Shown here: positions 1-9,753 of the stretch, piece after piece
Layout: each line of letters starts with the position of its first letter
Position numbering within the stretch: the stretch's first letter is position 1
IMG/VR virus record: IMGVR_UViG_3300032226_000056
Span: 1 to 27,746 of that record
Reading direction: 5' to 3' (one strand)
Length of the DNA: 27,746 nucleotides
Origin: a virus
Lineage: Duplodnaviria > Caudoviricetes
Notes under the pieces: model-generated
Told to the model about the DNA's origin: nothing
What the model saw: only the letters and a program-made list of their open reading frames with translations
The model's database searches: none
Translations under genes and position numbers: made by a program

Positions 1-2
1 AA

Positions 3-110
3 GTCATCAATCGTGTTCCATATATAGAACGTCTGGAGGCAGGAGCGAGCAAACAGGCACCCAGGGGTATAATTGGACCCACTCTCTCTCAAGTCAAAGG
101 AAAAGTATAA
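3..110 (+). CDS. 3' end of HK97 gp10-like tail completion/neck protein (partial, runs off the 5' edge)
   Basis: Frame 3 reads VINRVPYIERLEAGASKQAPRGIIGPTLSQVKGKV*. The N-x-x-P-Y-x-x-x-L-E-x-G-x-S-x-Q-A-P-x-G pattern is typical of gp10-like proteins. The stop TAA overlaps the next ATG at 110. Confidence 0.75.
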   Translation, partial: VINRVPYIERLEAGASKQAPRGIIGPTLSQVKGKV

Positions 111-460
111 TGAGTAAAATATTAGATAAAGCAACAAGTCATTTTAGAGAAAAACTTTCAGCAGAAATGCAATCAGTGTTTGTGCCTGAATGGGATGCTA
201 AGATATATTTCAAAGCATCTGTCACACTTAAAGAACAATCCAAATTGATTGAACTGGCTTCAACAGGTAAAACTGTAGAAGCATTAGTAGAAACACTAAT
301 TGTTAAGGCTCGCAATGAAGATGGCACAAGAATGTTTACCATGCCAGACAAAGTAACATTTATGAATGAAGTAGATCCAAATATCATTATCCGTGTTGTT
401 GGTGAAATCAATGAATTAAGTTACCAAGAACAGGATATGGAGAAGGTAGAAAAAAACTAA
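110..460 (+). CDS. Tail assembly chaperone (lambda gpG-like)
   Basis: 116 aa, directly upstream of the tape measure gene; ends in the slippery sequence GAA AAA AAC TAA. Confidence 0.85.
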   Translation: MSKILDKATSHFREKLSAEMQSVFVPEWDAKIYFKASVTLKEQSKLIELASTGKTVEALVETLIVKARNEDGTRMFTMPDKVTFMNEVDPNIIIRVVGEINELSYQEQDMEKVEKN

Positions 461-621
461 TACGAGATCCAGACCTAATGTTTGCCTGTAGATTGGCAAA
501 AGATTTGGGTCTCACATTAGAGCAGGTGTTTGATATGAGTGTAGAAGAATTCCAAACATGGATTGCATTCTATACTTGGGAACACAAAGAGATGGACAAA
601 CAGATGAAAAAGAGGAGATAA
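451..621 (+). CDS. -1 frameshift extension of the tail assembly chaperone (gpGT-like C-terminal part)
   Basis: Heptamer A AAA AAC at 451-457. The -1 frame is open to TAA at 619-621: LIRDPDLMFACRLAKDLGLTLEQVFDMSVEEFQTWIAFYTWEHKEMDKQMKKRR, with the gpT-like LA-x-x-LG-x-T...MS-x-x-EF-x-x-W-x-AFY pattern. Missing from the ORF track. Confidence 0.85.
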   Translation, partial: KKLIRDPDLMFACRLAKDLGLTLEQVFDMSVEEFQTWIAFYTWEHKEMDKQMKKRR

Positions 622-624
622 TCC

Positions 625-3048
625 GTGGCAGAAGCAAAAATTAAGATTACCGCTGATACCAGTCAAGCGACTCGTGAGATTGATAAACTTAATCTTGCTC
701 TCAAAGGTATTGAAACTACCACGGATCTTGCAGGTAAAGCCTTGGCAGCCATTACTGGCATTGCCGCAGGTGTTGCCACTGCCTTGGGATTTGCTGCCGC
801 TAAATTAGATGATCTAGCAGATTCAGCAGATGCTCTTGGTGTTGGCATCAATCAACTCAAAGCACTTTCAGCCGCAGCCGCTGCCGCTGGTGTAGATTCT
901 GGACAACTAGAAGGCAGTATGCGTAGGCTTAGTGCCAATCTAGGCGAAGCATTTCTCAACAACGCATCCAGCAGTGCAAAGGCATTACAAAGATTAGGAC
1001 TTGATGCAGGAACCCTAATGAACATGCCAGTGGACAAACAAATGACCACTATTGCACAGGCTATTGCAGGAATAGAATCACCAGCCATCCGTTCAGCAAT
1101 CTCAATGGATCTATTAGGCAAAGGTGGTGAAAGACTGATTGCCGCATTCAAAGATCCAGCAAGCATAGAAGAATTCAATAATCGTCTTGAAAGAATGGGT
1201 CTATTGATTTCTAAGACTGACGTAGACAACATCAATAAACTAGAAGGCGAAGTTCTAAAACTTAAATCTACTTGGGATGCTTTCTTACAAAAAACAATCT
1301 CAGCATTATCACCATATATCGTTGATCTTATTAAACGTATCAATGATGCTATTGAACGCACTGGTGGATTTGAAAAGGTTTTATTAAATGTCTTAGATGT
1401 TGTAGAAGCCATTGCCAAAGGTGTTGCAATATTAGCCGCTATCTATATTGGTGGTAAGTTATTATCAGCGACCAAGATGGTAACTGGTGCTGTGGATGAT
1501 CTATGGTTGGCATTCTTTGGTCCTGTAGGACGTATTGGTGCAGTGATCAAATTATTAATCAAGGCAGCCTCCGCCATTGGATTGTTTGGCATTGGCAAGC
1601 AAGCCATTGATTCTGTGTCTGCTATGGGTGAAGAATTTGACAAGATCCGTGCTAGTCTAGATGCAAGTCGTGCTGATAGATCAACACCAGATGCTGGTCC
1701 AGACAACAGTGGTAATGCCGCGGCTGCCGCAAAACTTGTAGCAGATAATATTAGAGATTCTAACACTGAATTACTGAAAAAATATCAAAGTGAAACTGAT
1801 ATACTAGGACTCAATAAGCAACAGGTTGAAGAACACAAACTACTGCAACAATTAGCAGATAAAGCCAAGGTTGATATTGAAAAGATTAGCCAAGCAGAAC
1901 GTGATCGTGTTCAAAGTGCTGTGGAAATACGCATCAACAAAGAAATAGAAGTGGCTATCAACAAACAACTTACTGATCTTGAAACAGAACGTTTGGGATT
2001 AGGAGTAGCAGATAAAGATCAAAGAGAGATAGTATTAGCCATTAGAAAACTAGAAGTAGAATATGGTCGTCAATTAAATGATGTTGAAAAAGAAAGACTA
2101 ACTCTTGGCATTAAAGAAACACAAAACCTAAGAGAACAGGCTGGTATTCGTGATGCTATCAATAATTACACCAGGGAACAAACAGAATTAGAAAAGATCA
2201 ATCGTGGACTAAGTCTACAGAAAACTCTAGGTGGTGGCATTGCAGGTGGTGTTACAAGTAAAAAAGAATTTGATAGAGATATTGAGGCTTTAACATTACT
2301 AAGAGATAGAAAAGTTATCTTAGAAGAAGATTACCAACGTCAACGTGAAGAATTAACTAGACAATATAATGCAAAGATTTTAGATCTAGAACTTAAACGC
2401 ATTGAAACTGTGTTGATGGCAGAGAAGTCAGGTATGGCTGCTGTGATGAGTGAAAAAGACAAAGCCACACTACAAACAATAGGACAACAAGAACGTCAAA
2501 GAGCCATTGTTACTGAACGCATCAACTTTGAAAAGAAATCAGAATTAGAAAAAGCACAGTTTGCCATACAGCAGACTGCTAGTATATTCTCAGCCCTGGG
2601 AGCACAGAACAAGAAGGCATTTGAAGCAGCCAAGGCATTCAACATTGCCAATGCTATCATGAACACATACATGGCAGCAACCAAAGCATTGGCTACATAT
2701 CCGTTCCCCTTTGGATTGATTGCTGCCGCTGGTGCTGTGGCTGCTGGACTTGCACAGGTAGCACAGATCCGTAGTCAAACATATTCAGGACGTGCTCTAG
2801 GTGGTCCTGTTATGGGTGGTAAGTCATACATGGTTGGAGAATCAGGTCCAGAACTATTCACACCATCAACCACTGGCACGATAACTAGAAACAGTGACTT
2901 GCAAGGTGGTGGCACAACCAATGTGAACTTTACCATAGTGGCTAATGATACCACAGGTTTTGATCAATTATTAGCATCACGCAAAGGTGTCATACAACAA
3001 ATTATCTCTGACGCTATGTTAGAAAAAGGTAGGAGAAGTATGGTATGA
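625..3048 (+). CDS. Tail tape measure protein
   Basis: 807 aa, Ala-rich and helical/coiled-coil. GTG start with AGGAG RBS at 613-617. C-terminal RALGGPV...YMVGESGPELFTP motif of lambda-like TMPs. Follows the chaperone pair. Confidence 0.93.
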   Translation: MAEAKIKITADTSQATREIDKLNLALKGIETTTDLAGKALAAITGIAAGVATALGFAAAKLDDLADSADALGVGINQLKALSAAAAAAGVDSGQLEGSMRRLSANLGEAFLNNASSSAKALQRLGLDAGTLMNMPVDKQMTTIAQAIAGIESPAIRSAISMDLLGKGGERLIAAFKDPASIEEFNNRLERMGLLISKTDVDNINKLEGEVLKLKSTWDAFLQKTISALSPYIVDLIKRINDAIERTGGFEKVLLNVLDVVEAIAKGVAILAAIYIGGKLLSATKMVTGAVDDLWLAFFGPVGRIGAVIKLLIKAASAIGLFGIGKQAIDSVSAMGEEFDKIRASLDASRADRSTPDAGPDNSGNAAAAAKLVADNIRDSNTELLKKYQSETDILGLNKQQVEEHKLLQQLADKAKVDIEKISQAERDRVQSAVEIRINKEIEVAINKQLTDLETERLGLGVADKDQREIVLAIRKLEVEYGRQLNDVEKERLTLGIKETQNLREQAGIRDAINNYTREQTELEKINRGLSLQKTLGGGIAGGVTSKKEFDRDIEALTLLRDRKVILEEDYQRQREELTRQYNAKILDLELKRIETVLMAEKSGMAAVMSEKDKATLQTIGQQERQRAIVTERINFEKKSELEKAQFAIQQTASIFSALGAQNKKAFEAAKAFNIANAIMNTYMAATKALATYPFPFGLIAAAGAVAAGLAQVAQIRSQTYSGRALGGPVMGGKSYMVGESGPELFTPSTTGTITRNSDLQGGGTTNVNFTIVANDTTGFDQLLASRKGVIQQIISDAMLEKGRRSMV

Positions 3049-3078
3049 TGAATAGACATAGACTAAGGAGATCGCATA

Positions 3079-3693
3079 ATGGCTGATTTAGCAACGCAAT
3101 ATCCAGCATCACCAAGTTTTGAAAGCATAAACTTCAAGACCAATACGCCTACACAGATTTCAAATACCATGAGTGGTAAATTGCGTAGAATTGGTATGGG
3201 TGTGAGTTTTTATTCCTGGGAAGTTAAGTATCCTCAACTCACAAGATTAGATGCAGGCACAGTTAAAGGATACCTAGCACAGGCTTTGGGTCCACAGTTT
3301 AGTTTTGAAATCGTATTACCTAAATTAAGTTATTCAGCATTGGCTAGCCAAACTGCTTCAGTGTGCCGCACATCAGCCACAGCGGCTATTGGATCAACAT
3401 CAGTGACACTAACCAATTGTGGTGCTAATGCTTCTGTATTGGCAGCCGGTGATTATTTCAAATTTAATAATCACACCAAAGTCTATCAATGTGTCTCAGC
3501 CTGCACAGCCAATGGCAGTGGTAATGCCACATTATACTTCAGTGGTCCTGCAGTATCAGCAGTTCCATCATCAACCAACTTAACTATCACAGCAGTGCCA
3601 TTCACAGCAGTGTTTGCCAGTGAAGAACAAGAATATGACACAGGCTATGGTGGTATCACCAGCCTAAGTGTAGCCATGCGTGAGGTTTGGTAA
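3079..3693 (+). CDS. Distal tail (Dit-like) protein
   Basis: 204 aa, directly after the TMP. AAGGAG RBS. MSGKLRR, W-x-x-x-YP-x-L, AGDYFKF-x-NH-x-KVY and terminal MREVW patterns are typical of this position. Confidence 0.75.
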   Translation: MADLATQYPASPSFESINFKTNTPTQISNTMSGKLRRIGMGVSFYSWEVKYPQLTRLDAGTVKGYLAQALGPQFSFEIVLPKLSYSALASQTASVCRTSATAAIGSTSVTLTNCGANASVLAAGDYFKFNNHTKVYQCVSACTANGSGNATLYFSGPAVSAVPSSTNLTITAVPFTAVFASEEQEYDTGYGGITSLSVAMREVW

Positions 3694-4317
3694 ATGAAGG
3701 CATTTGCATCCACAGCAAACAAAGATGAATACTATCGTGATCACACCATAAGTGTTGATCTAGTAGAATTACATTTGAAAAACAATTCGGGAGCGGATCA
3801 GTCTCTATATCTGTGCAGTGGAGGTTTTGATGTTGCATTTGACAGCACCACTGCACCTACTGTAGGATCTAATAATTATATTGCTCAGGGTAATTTTATT
3901 GGCTTCTCAGGTATGAGTGAAGACATGGATGTCAAGGTAGGTAAGTTTACCATATCACTAAGTGCTATCAACAATGATTATGTCAGTAAGTTTTTAGATT
4001 ATAGTGTTGAGGGTCGCAGGGTAGTTATCTACAAGGCTTTTTTAGGATTTGGTGCCACAGGCACTGATCCATTGGCCCTAGTGGCTACACCTATTTTAAT
4101 GTATGATGGCATAATCTACAATTTTTCTATAAATGAAACTCAAAACAGTTGTCAAATAGCAGTAGACTGTAGTAGTTTATTTGCAGACTTTGAAAGAACA
4201 GCAGGACGCAAAACCAACAATTGGTCAAATTGGTTATTCCAAGGTGAGCAACATGACCGTGCTTTTGAAAAGGCAGGTTGGGTTGGCCAAACAGAATTCA
4301 AATGGGGTCGCACATGA
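3694..4317 (+). CDS. Baseplate hub / tail tip protein (DUF2163 / gpL-like)
   Basis: 207 aa; GRRVVIYKAF, SLFADFER-x-x-GR-x-TN and terminal KWGR patterns; position between Dit and tip protein. Confidence 0.72.
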   Translation: MKAFASTANKDEYYRDHTISVDLVELHLKNNSGADQSLYLCSGGFDVAFDSTTAPTVGSNNYIAQGNFIGFSGMSEDMDVKVGKFTISLSAINNDYVSKFLDYSVEGRRVVIYKAFLGFGATGTDPLALVATPILMYDGIIYNFSINETQNSCQIAVDCSSLFADFERTAGRKTNNWSNWLFQGEQHDRAFEKAGWVGQTEFKWGRT

Positions 4318-4766
4318 TAATTAGAGCCATGGAGCCTAGAGAAATTGATGTTGTGGTTAATCTTTTTAACTACTACAAAGATGATGCTGGTATTTCAGAA
4401 CAGAATTACGATCAAAATCGTGTGCTTAACACAGTGCGTGAATATTGCATAAGACCTAATTTATTCTTTCGTGTGGCATTTAACGGTCTTAGACCCATTG
4501 GTATCATAGGTGGATTTTTATCAGAAGATCCAGTTGATATAGAAATAACTGCTACCATACAGTTCTGTTATCTTCTTGAAGAATTTGCACAGATTGAAAA
4601 TTATGCATCTATGATAGATGAATTTCAATCTTGGAGTAATCAATTCAAAGTCACTGCGGTGCGTGCCATAGATATTGGCACTAATCCTAATAGGCTTGAA
4701 TCAGTATATGATCAATTAGGTTTTAATCCTATTAGGGTCACAGTGATGAACAAGGAGATCCAATAA
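4314..4766 (+). CDS. GNAT-fold (acetyltransferase-like) protein in the tail-tip module
   Basis: Probable start is ATG 4314 (ATGA overlap with the upstream stop), not 4278. MIIRAM...D...L start, VA...IG-x-I-x-G strand and Y-x-x-LGF ending match the GNAT layout. Confidence 0.65.
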   Translation: MIIRAMEPREIDVVVNLFNYYKDDAGISEQNYDQNRVLNTVREYCIRPNLFFRVAFNGLRPIGIIGGFLSEDPVDIEITATIQFCYLLEEFAQIENYASMIDEFQSWSNQFKVTAVRAIDIGTNPNRLESVYDQLGFNPIRVTVMNKEIQ

Positions 4767-4767
4767 T

Positions 4768-7700
4768 ATGGGTTGGTTCAGTAGCCTAGTAGGCGGTGTA
4801 GTTGGATTTTTCATTGGTGGTCCAGTAGGTGCTGTTATAGGTGCTGGTATTGGTGCTACCAAAGTTGGTGAGAAAGTTGTCAACACCGTGCTTGACTTTG
4901 TCACACAACCATTCATGCCTAACATTCCTGATGTTGGTGGTGGCAGTGAAGCAGAACGTCAACAGGGTGTATTGGTTCAACGCACTGGATCTACAGTAAA
5001 CATACCTGTGGTATATGGTTATCGTAAGACTGGTGGGGCTGTGACTTTTGCAGAAACAGGATCCAGCAACAACAAATATCTCTATGTGGTCTATGTGTTT
5101 TCAGAAGGCTTGGTAGAAGGCCTGCGTGAAGTATTCATTGATGATTGGTTATTGCCAGTGGATCAAGTGGGTAAGTTAAATGCTGGTGAATTGGTGACTG
5201 TGAATGCTGATCGCTACAAAGATCGTGTGCAACTACGTTGGTTCCCAGGAGTATATTATTCTAATCCCAGAACATCAACTGTAGGTTCAACAGTCAAAGG
5301 CGATATATTTTCAGAAGCACCTAGTTTTACCTCTAACATGAACTACAATGGTCTAGCAGTTCTGTTTGCTAGATATGAATGGAAAGATGTTAAAACTCAA
5401 GAAGACAGTGATAACAATCCATTTTCAGGTAATGTTCCAGAAGTGCAGGTTGCAATGTTGGGTAAACGTGTGGCATCATTGTTGACAGACACTACTGAAA
5501 CAGTAGACTATGATCAGAATGCTGTTAGGTATTCAACCAATCCTGCTGAATGTCTATTAGATTATATACGCAATCCTAGATATGGTAAAGGCCTGGTAAA
5601 CAGCGACATAGATTATACCACATTCAAAGCAGCCGCCCGTAAATGTAATCAAACAGTGACCTATGTGGCATCAGGCATACAGGGTCCTATATTGACCATG
5701 AACATTGTAGTAGATACAGCAGCCACGTTAATGTCAAATACTAAAACTCTGTTACAGAACTTTCGTGCATATATGCCATATGTGCAGGGCAAATACAAAC
5801 TGCGTATTGAAGATGCTGGTAATGAAACTGATATACTTTCAGGTTCGGCTACTATTGCACAGACCTTTACCAAAGATGACATAGTATCAGACATAACCTT
5901 TAACAGTATTGAACGTTCAGCCAAATACAATGTGGTGGTTGTGACCTATGTGGATCCAGATCAAAAGTTCTCAAATCAAACTGTGGTCTATCCAGAAACA
6001 GAAGCAGAACGTCAAACATATATTGATCTAGATGGTGGACGTGAAAACAAATATGATGTTACCTATGGTGGTATCACAAACTATGCCATTGCCAAAGACT
6101 TTGCTAGATTGGTGTTTAATAAACAACGTCGTCAAGAATCATGTATATTCACAGCCACATCAAAGGCTCTAGAATTAGAGCCAGGCGATTGCATCAGAAT
6201 ACAGTCAAATATCTTGAATTTTGGCACTGATCCATGGCGTATTGTGTCATTCAAAGTGAACAATGATATGACAGTGGATTTAGGTTGTGTGCGTAATCCA
6301 GATGACATCTATCCATATGTTCGTGTAGGTGAAGAAGATTTTGTGTTACCTACCTATATCCCCAAAGGATCAATAATCTATTTTCCAAGCAGTGACAATA
6401 GAATACCATTGGGATTAGTTCCACCTACCTTTGCTGTGTTTCCACCCAGCACAGAAATTATTACACCATTACCTACCAATCCAACCCCTACCAATCCTGA
6501 AGCACCCGGTGGCGGTGGAGTAGGTGGTGGTTCACCCAATGGTGAAACTGCAGGACCTGTTACTGTGACTCCAACTGTGCCTGTGCCGCCTGTGAATGTG
6601 GTGCCAACTCCACCTGCACCAACACCAGCATTTTCAGCAGTATTGACATTGAAGAACAGTCGTGCAGTGGCACAGTCTAGTGGCGGCTTCTATTACTATC
6701 TAACATTTACACAGCCCACAGATGCTGTCTACAGTTATGCAATACTTTGGTATAGAGAAAATACATTTGCACCATGGGTTGAGATCAAGAATGAAACACG
6801 TCCAGGCTCAGGTGGTGACATACCATTTACCATAGGCCCAAGACCTGCAGGCAATTATGAATTCTATGTCAGAGCATTTGCAGCCAATGGTGATGGATCT
6901 ACATTTGTCAGCAACGGCACTATTTCAGTTCCACCAAATGCCGCTGAACAGAATCCATTATTAACTGGCATTGCCACAGCAGGCATTGCTGGACCATTTA
7001 CTGGTTGGACTTTGCCAAAAAGTCAAACACCAGCATCACCTAGATATGATGATGACATTGATCTATTAGAAATACGTCCTAAATTGGTAGCAGGTGCCAT
7101 ACAGAATCCTAGAAGAATGACTGTGACTGTAAATCAAATCACCAACACAGTCAGCAGAGTCACAAACTACAACATTGATGGTGTGCGTATCTATTACAAG
7201 TATTCAACAGATACCTATTATAGTTTTGAAGATTTCAAATTTGAAACTCAGTCACCCTCATACTATCCAGGTAAGTCTGTGTCATTTGATCTAGCAGGTG
7301 ACTTTGGCGTAGCAGGCACTACCAACATACAAAACTATGATTTCATAGTGAGATTGATCTACAAAGATGGTAAATCAGCATTGAAACAATTAGGCTCAGC
7401 ACGTGGTCCAGTAGAAACATACATAGGCTCAAATAACTTTATCTCTGTAGGCACAGGCGCTGCCGCGGCAGCAAGAGTTAGTAGTTTAAATATCACAGCA
7501 GGATCTACTATTCCAACTACTGATCAAGATCCTAACAAAACCTATGCCACAGGTGCTGATCTATTACCTAACATATTCAGCATCAAAGCCAGCCCAAGTG
7601 TAAGCACTATAACTTGGCAGTTTAATTATCCCACAACTAATGTTACAAAATTCCGTGGTTACAAATTGAGATTCCGTGAAGTCATTCCAGGAACACAGGC

Positions 7701-8883
7701 AGCCTTTACCACAGTGGACATAGGTGCTGTGCCTGATGCAAGTTCTGGTAGAATAATCTACACCCTGAACAGCAGTCAATATCAACATGGTAAAACCTAC
7801 GAATGGGCAGTGACTTCACAGTATTCAAATGCTGGCGTTGTTACAGACTGCACCAATACACTTTATACCAAAGGATATCTAATACCGTTTGGTGATTACA
7901 CCGATAACCATTATGACAGATTTGGTTTCGCCACTATCTTAACCACTGTGGCATTGGGCAATCTTGTTACTGCATTTGCGGCTATCCCAGTGATAGTGGC
8001 TAAATCATGGACTAAGATACAACCTAGACCTGAAGTCATTGATGGCACAGGTATCAATCCTAATAATTTATATGCATCAGCAGACAGTTCAGATATCTAC
8101 AAAACTGGCAACAATTACTACATCAATAGATATTATAAATTAAGATTTTCAGCGCCAAGTTCAGGATATAGTCAATTGGTGATATATCGCAGAGTCTATG
8201 ATAATACTGGTGCACAAAGAACCACAGCCACTACTACACAGGCTAGATATTTTGGACTAGGTGCTTGGGAAAAGACAGTGATCACATTGCCCACAGCAGA
8301 TGCAGATGGATTTAGAACTGTGCATGTTAGAGGTGCTATTGATCCTAATCTGTTCAATAAAGATTATGAAGTTGTGGCAGGTGCTAGTCAGTTTCAACGA
8401 TTTTATGGTTCATCAGGATCATTTCCAGGTGGCGGCGGCGGACAGGTCAGTGACATATTCCCATACTATGGTGCAGGCAACACAGATCCTAATGGCTCAT
8501 CCACTAGATGGGTAGAATATCTATTTGTGTTGGCCAATTCGGGCACTGAACAAACGAAGGCTTTAAGATTGAGAGACTTCTTTGCTTTTACCAGAGGCAC
8601 AAGTTATAAAACAGAAGTTGAAGGATTTGGAGTCAGTAATGTCACCAACAATCAAATAGTCAACACCACAGACTATAATGGTTACCCTGCGGGATTAAAA
8701 AGAAATCTAAATGAAGCATTAGTCAATGCCAGTTCAGGTAATATTGCAAATACAAAATTAAACACAGGACCACAACCATCTTATCCTACAGGGTATTTTG
8801 GCACGCCTAATCAAACGGTGGCACAAGGCACTGTAAATATATTCTTAAACACTCTGAGTGAATCAGGGCTGACCATATACTAG
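4768..8883 (+). CDS. Tail tip / central fibre host-specificity protein (gpJ / GTA-tip-like) with FN3-like C-terminal domains
   Basis: 1371 aa. Gly-rich hydrophobic N-terminus, IPVVYG, STNPA-x-CLLDY-x-x-N-x-RYG and LEPGD motifs, a Pro/Gly linker, then beta-rich repeats (FRGYKLRFRE, YEWAV, YEFYVRA). Confidence 0.88.
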   Translation: MGWFSSLVGGVVGFFIGGPVGAVIGAGIGATKVGEKVVNTVLDFVTQPFMPNIPDVGGGSEAERQQGVLVQRTGSTVNIPVVYGYRKTGGAVTFAETGSSNNKYLYVVYVFSEGLVEGLREVFIDDWLLPVDQVGKLNAGELVTVNADRYKDRVQLRWFPGVYYSNPRTSTVGSTVKGDIFSEAPSFTSNMNYNGLAVLFARYEWKDVKTQEDSDNNPFSGNVPEVQVAMLGKRVASLLTDTTETVDYDQNAVRYSTNPAECLLDYIRNPRYGKGLVNSDIDYTTFKAAARKCNQTVTYVASGIQGPILTMNIVVDTAATLMSNTKTLLQNFRAYMPYVQGKYKLRIEDAGNETDILSGSATIAQTFTKDDIVSDITFNSIERSAKYNVVVVTYVDPDQKFSNQTVVYPETEAERQTYIDLDGGRENKYDVTYGGITNYAIAKDFARLVFNKQRRQESCIFTATSKALELEPGDCIRIQSNILNFGTDPWRIVSFKVNNDMTVDLGCVRNPDDIYPYVRVGEEDFVLPTYIPKGSIIYFPSSDNRIPLGLVPPTFAVFPPSTEIITPLPTNPTPTNPEAPGGGGVGGGSPNGETAGPVTVTPTVPVPPVNVVPTPPAPTPAFSAVLTLKNSRAVAQSSGGFYYYLTFTQPTDAVYSYAILWYRENTFAPWVEIKNETRPGSGGDIPFTIGPRPAGNYEFYVRAFAANGDGSTFVSNGTISVPPNAAEQNPLLTGIATAGIAGPFTGWTLPKSQTPASPRYDDDIDLLEIRPKLVAGAIQNPRRMTVTVNQITNTVSRVTNYNIDGVRIYYKYSTDTYYSFEDFKFETQSPSYYPGKSVSFDLAGDFGVAGTTNIQNYDFIVRLIYKDGKSALKQLGSARGPVETYIGSNNFISVGTGAAAAARVSSLNITAGSTIPTTDQDPNKTYATGADLLPNIFSIKASPSVSTITWQFNYPTTNVTKFRGYKLRFREVIPGTQAAFTTVDIGAVPDASSGRIIYTLNSSQYQHGKTYEWAVTSQYSNAGVVTDCTNTLYTKGYLIPFGDYTDNHYDRFGFATILTTVALGNLVTAFAAIPVIVAKSWTKIQPRPEVIDGTGINPNNLYASADSSDIYKTGNNYYINRYYKLRFSAPSSGYSQLVIYRRVYDNTGAQRTTATTTQARYFGLGAWEKTVITLPTADADGFRTVHVRGAIDPNLFNKDYEVVAGASQFQRFYGSSGSFPGGGGGQVSDIFPYYGAGNTDPNGSSTRWVEYLFVLANSGTEQTKALRLRDFFAFTRGTSYKTEVEGFGVSNVTNNQIVNTTDYNGYPAGLKRNLNEALVNASSGNIANTKLNTGPQPSYPTGYFGTPNQTVAQGTVNIFLNTLSESGLTIY

Positions 8884-8891
8884 GATAGATT

Positions 8892-9725
8892 ATGCCAACA
8901 CTCACTGCTGCCGCTGCCTTAACCACAAGTTTTACTTTAGATGCTGTATCTAAATTTAGACCCTATGGTGAAGGTATCTTAGATCCACAAACAGGTAGTA
9001 TCAAACCCACAGGGTCTGGCACGTGGAGTGCATTAACAGGACGTTCATGGAGCACTTGGAACAATTTCCAATTAACACAGAGTCAAATAAAATGGACCAG
9101 CAATCTTATTGATGTGGGTGAAGTCAAATACTTTAACCTCAGCATCACCAGTGATTTTGATGGTAGTCTTTATTACATGGTGCATACCAGTTCAACTGGA
9201 TTATTTGCTGGTGAAGAATCAGAATACTTGATAGAAGATGGTAATTTAGACATTGATGCATTCTATGGTCGTTATGTGTATGTGACTGCATTTGTCACTG
9301 GAAAAGAATTTAGATCCATGGTCATAACTGCCAGCAGTGAAACTAGCACCGTAACACTCACTGATGTTGATACCAGCACACTAAGTGGTAGTATCTCAGC
9401 GAGAACCATAGCATTACCTGCGGCCATTAGCAGATGCATAAATTTAATAATATCACCCAAGACAGTGACTGCTTATCCAGTGGATCTCTATGTCAGTAGT
9501 TCAGCAACCAGTGAATTGGTAATACCAATGGTGATTTCAAAAGCAGACGCACAACCATATTTTGTTACAGACTACATTGCCATAGATTATTTTCTTGCAG
9601 GCAGCACACCTAGTTTTGTGTTATATGGTATAGATAATCAACCCAGAGATGGCATAGTGGATATCACTATCAAAGCATTACCAAGACAGGCTATGACCAG
9701 CGGTAATTTGGTGGTGTTTAATTAA
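8892..9725 (+). CDS. Tail-tip-associated virion protein
   Basis: 277 aa, Thr/Ser-rich beta composition, TW-x-x-L-x-x-x-x-W-x-x-W motif, directly after the tip gene. Confidence 0.6.
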   Translation: MPTLTAAAALTTSFTLDAVSKFRPYGEGILDPQTGSIKPTGSGTWSALTGRSWSTWNNFQLTQSQIKWTSNLIDVGEVKYFNLSITSDFDGSLYYMVHTSSTGLFAGEESEYLIEDGNLDIDAFYGRYVYVTAFVTGKEFRSMVITASSETSTVTLTDVDTSTLSGSISARTIALPAAISRCINLIISPKTVTAYPVDLYVSSSATSELVIPMVISKADAQPYFVTDYIAIDYFLAGSTPSFVLYGIDNQPRDGIVDITIKALPRQAMTSGNLVVFN

Positions 9726-9729
9726 AAAC

Positions 9730-9737
9730 AATAAATA
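9730..9737 (+). promoter_or_regulatory. T4-late-type box AATAAATA
   Basis: Intergenic, followed by RBS GAGG and ATG 9754. Confidence 0.5.
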
Positions 9738-9753
9738 TCAAGAGGAATAAAAA

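Noticed and set aside
4278-4313. Track start of the GNAT-like ORF at 4278
   Set aside because: Overlaps the conserved hub C-terminus; ATGA coupling at 4314 is more plausible.
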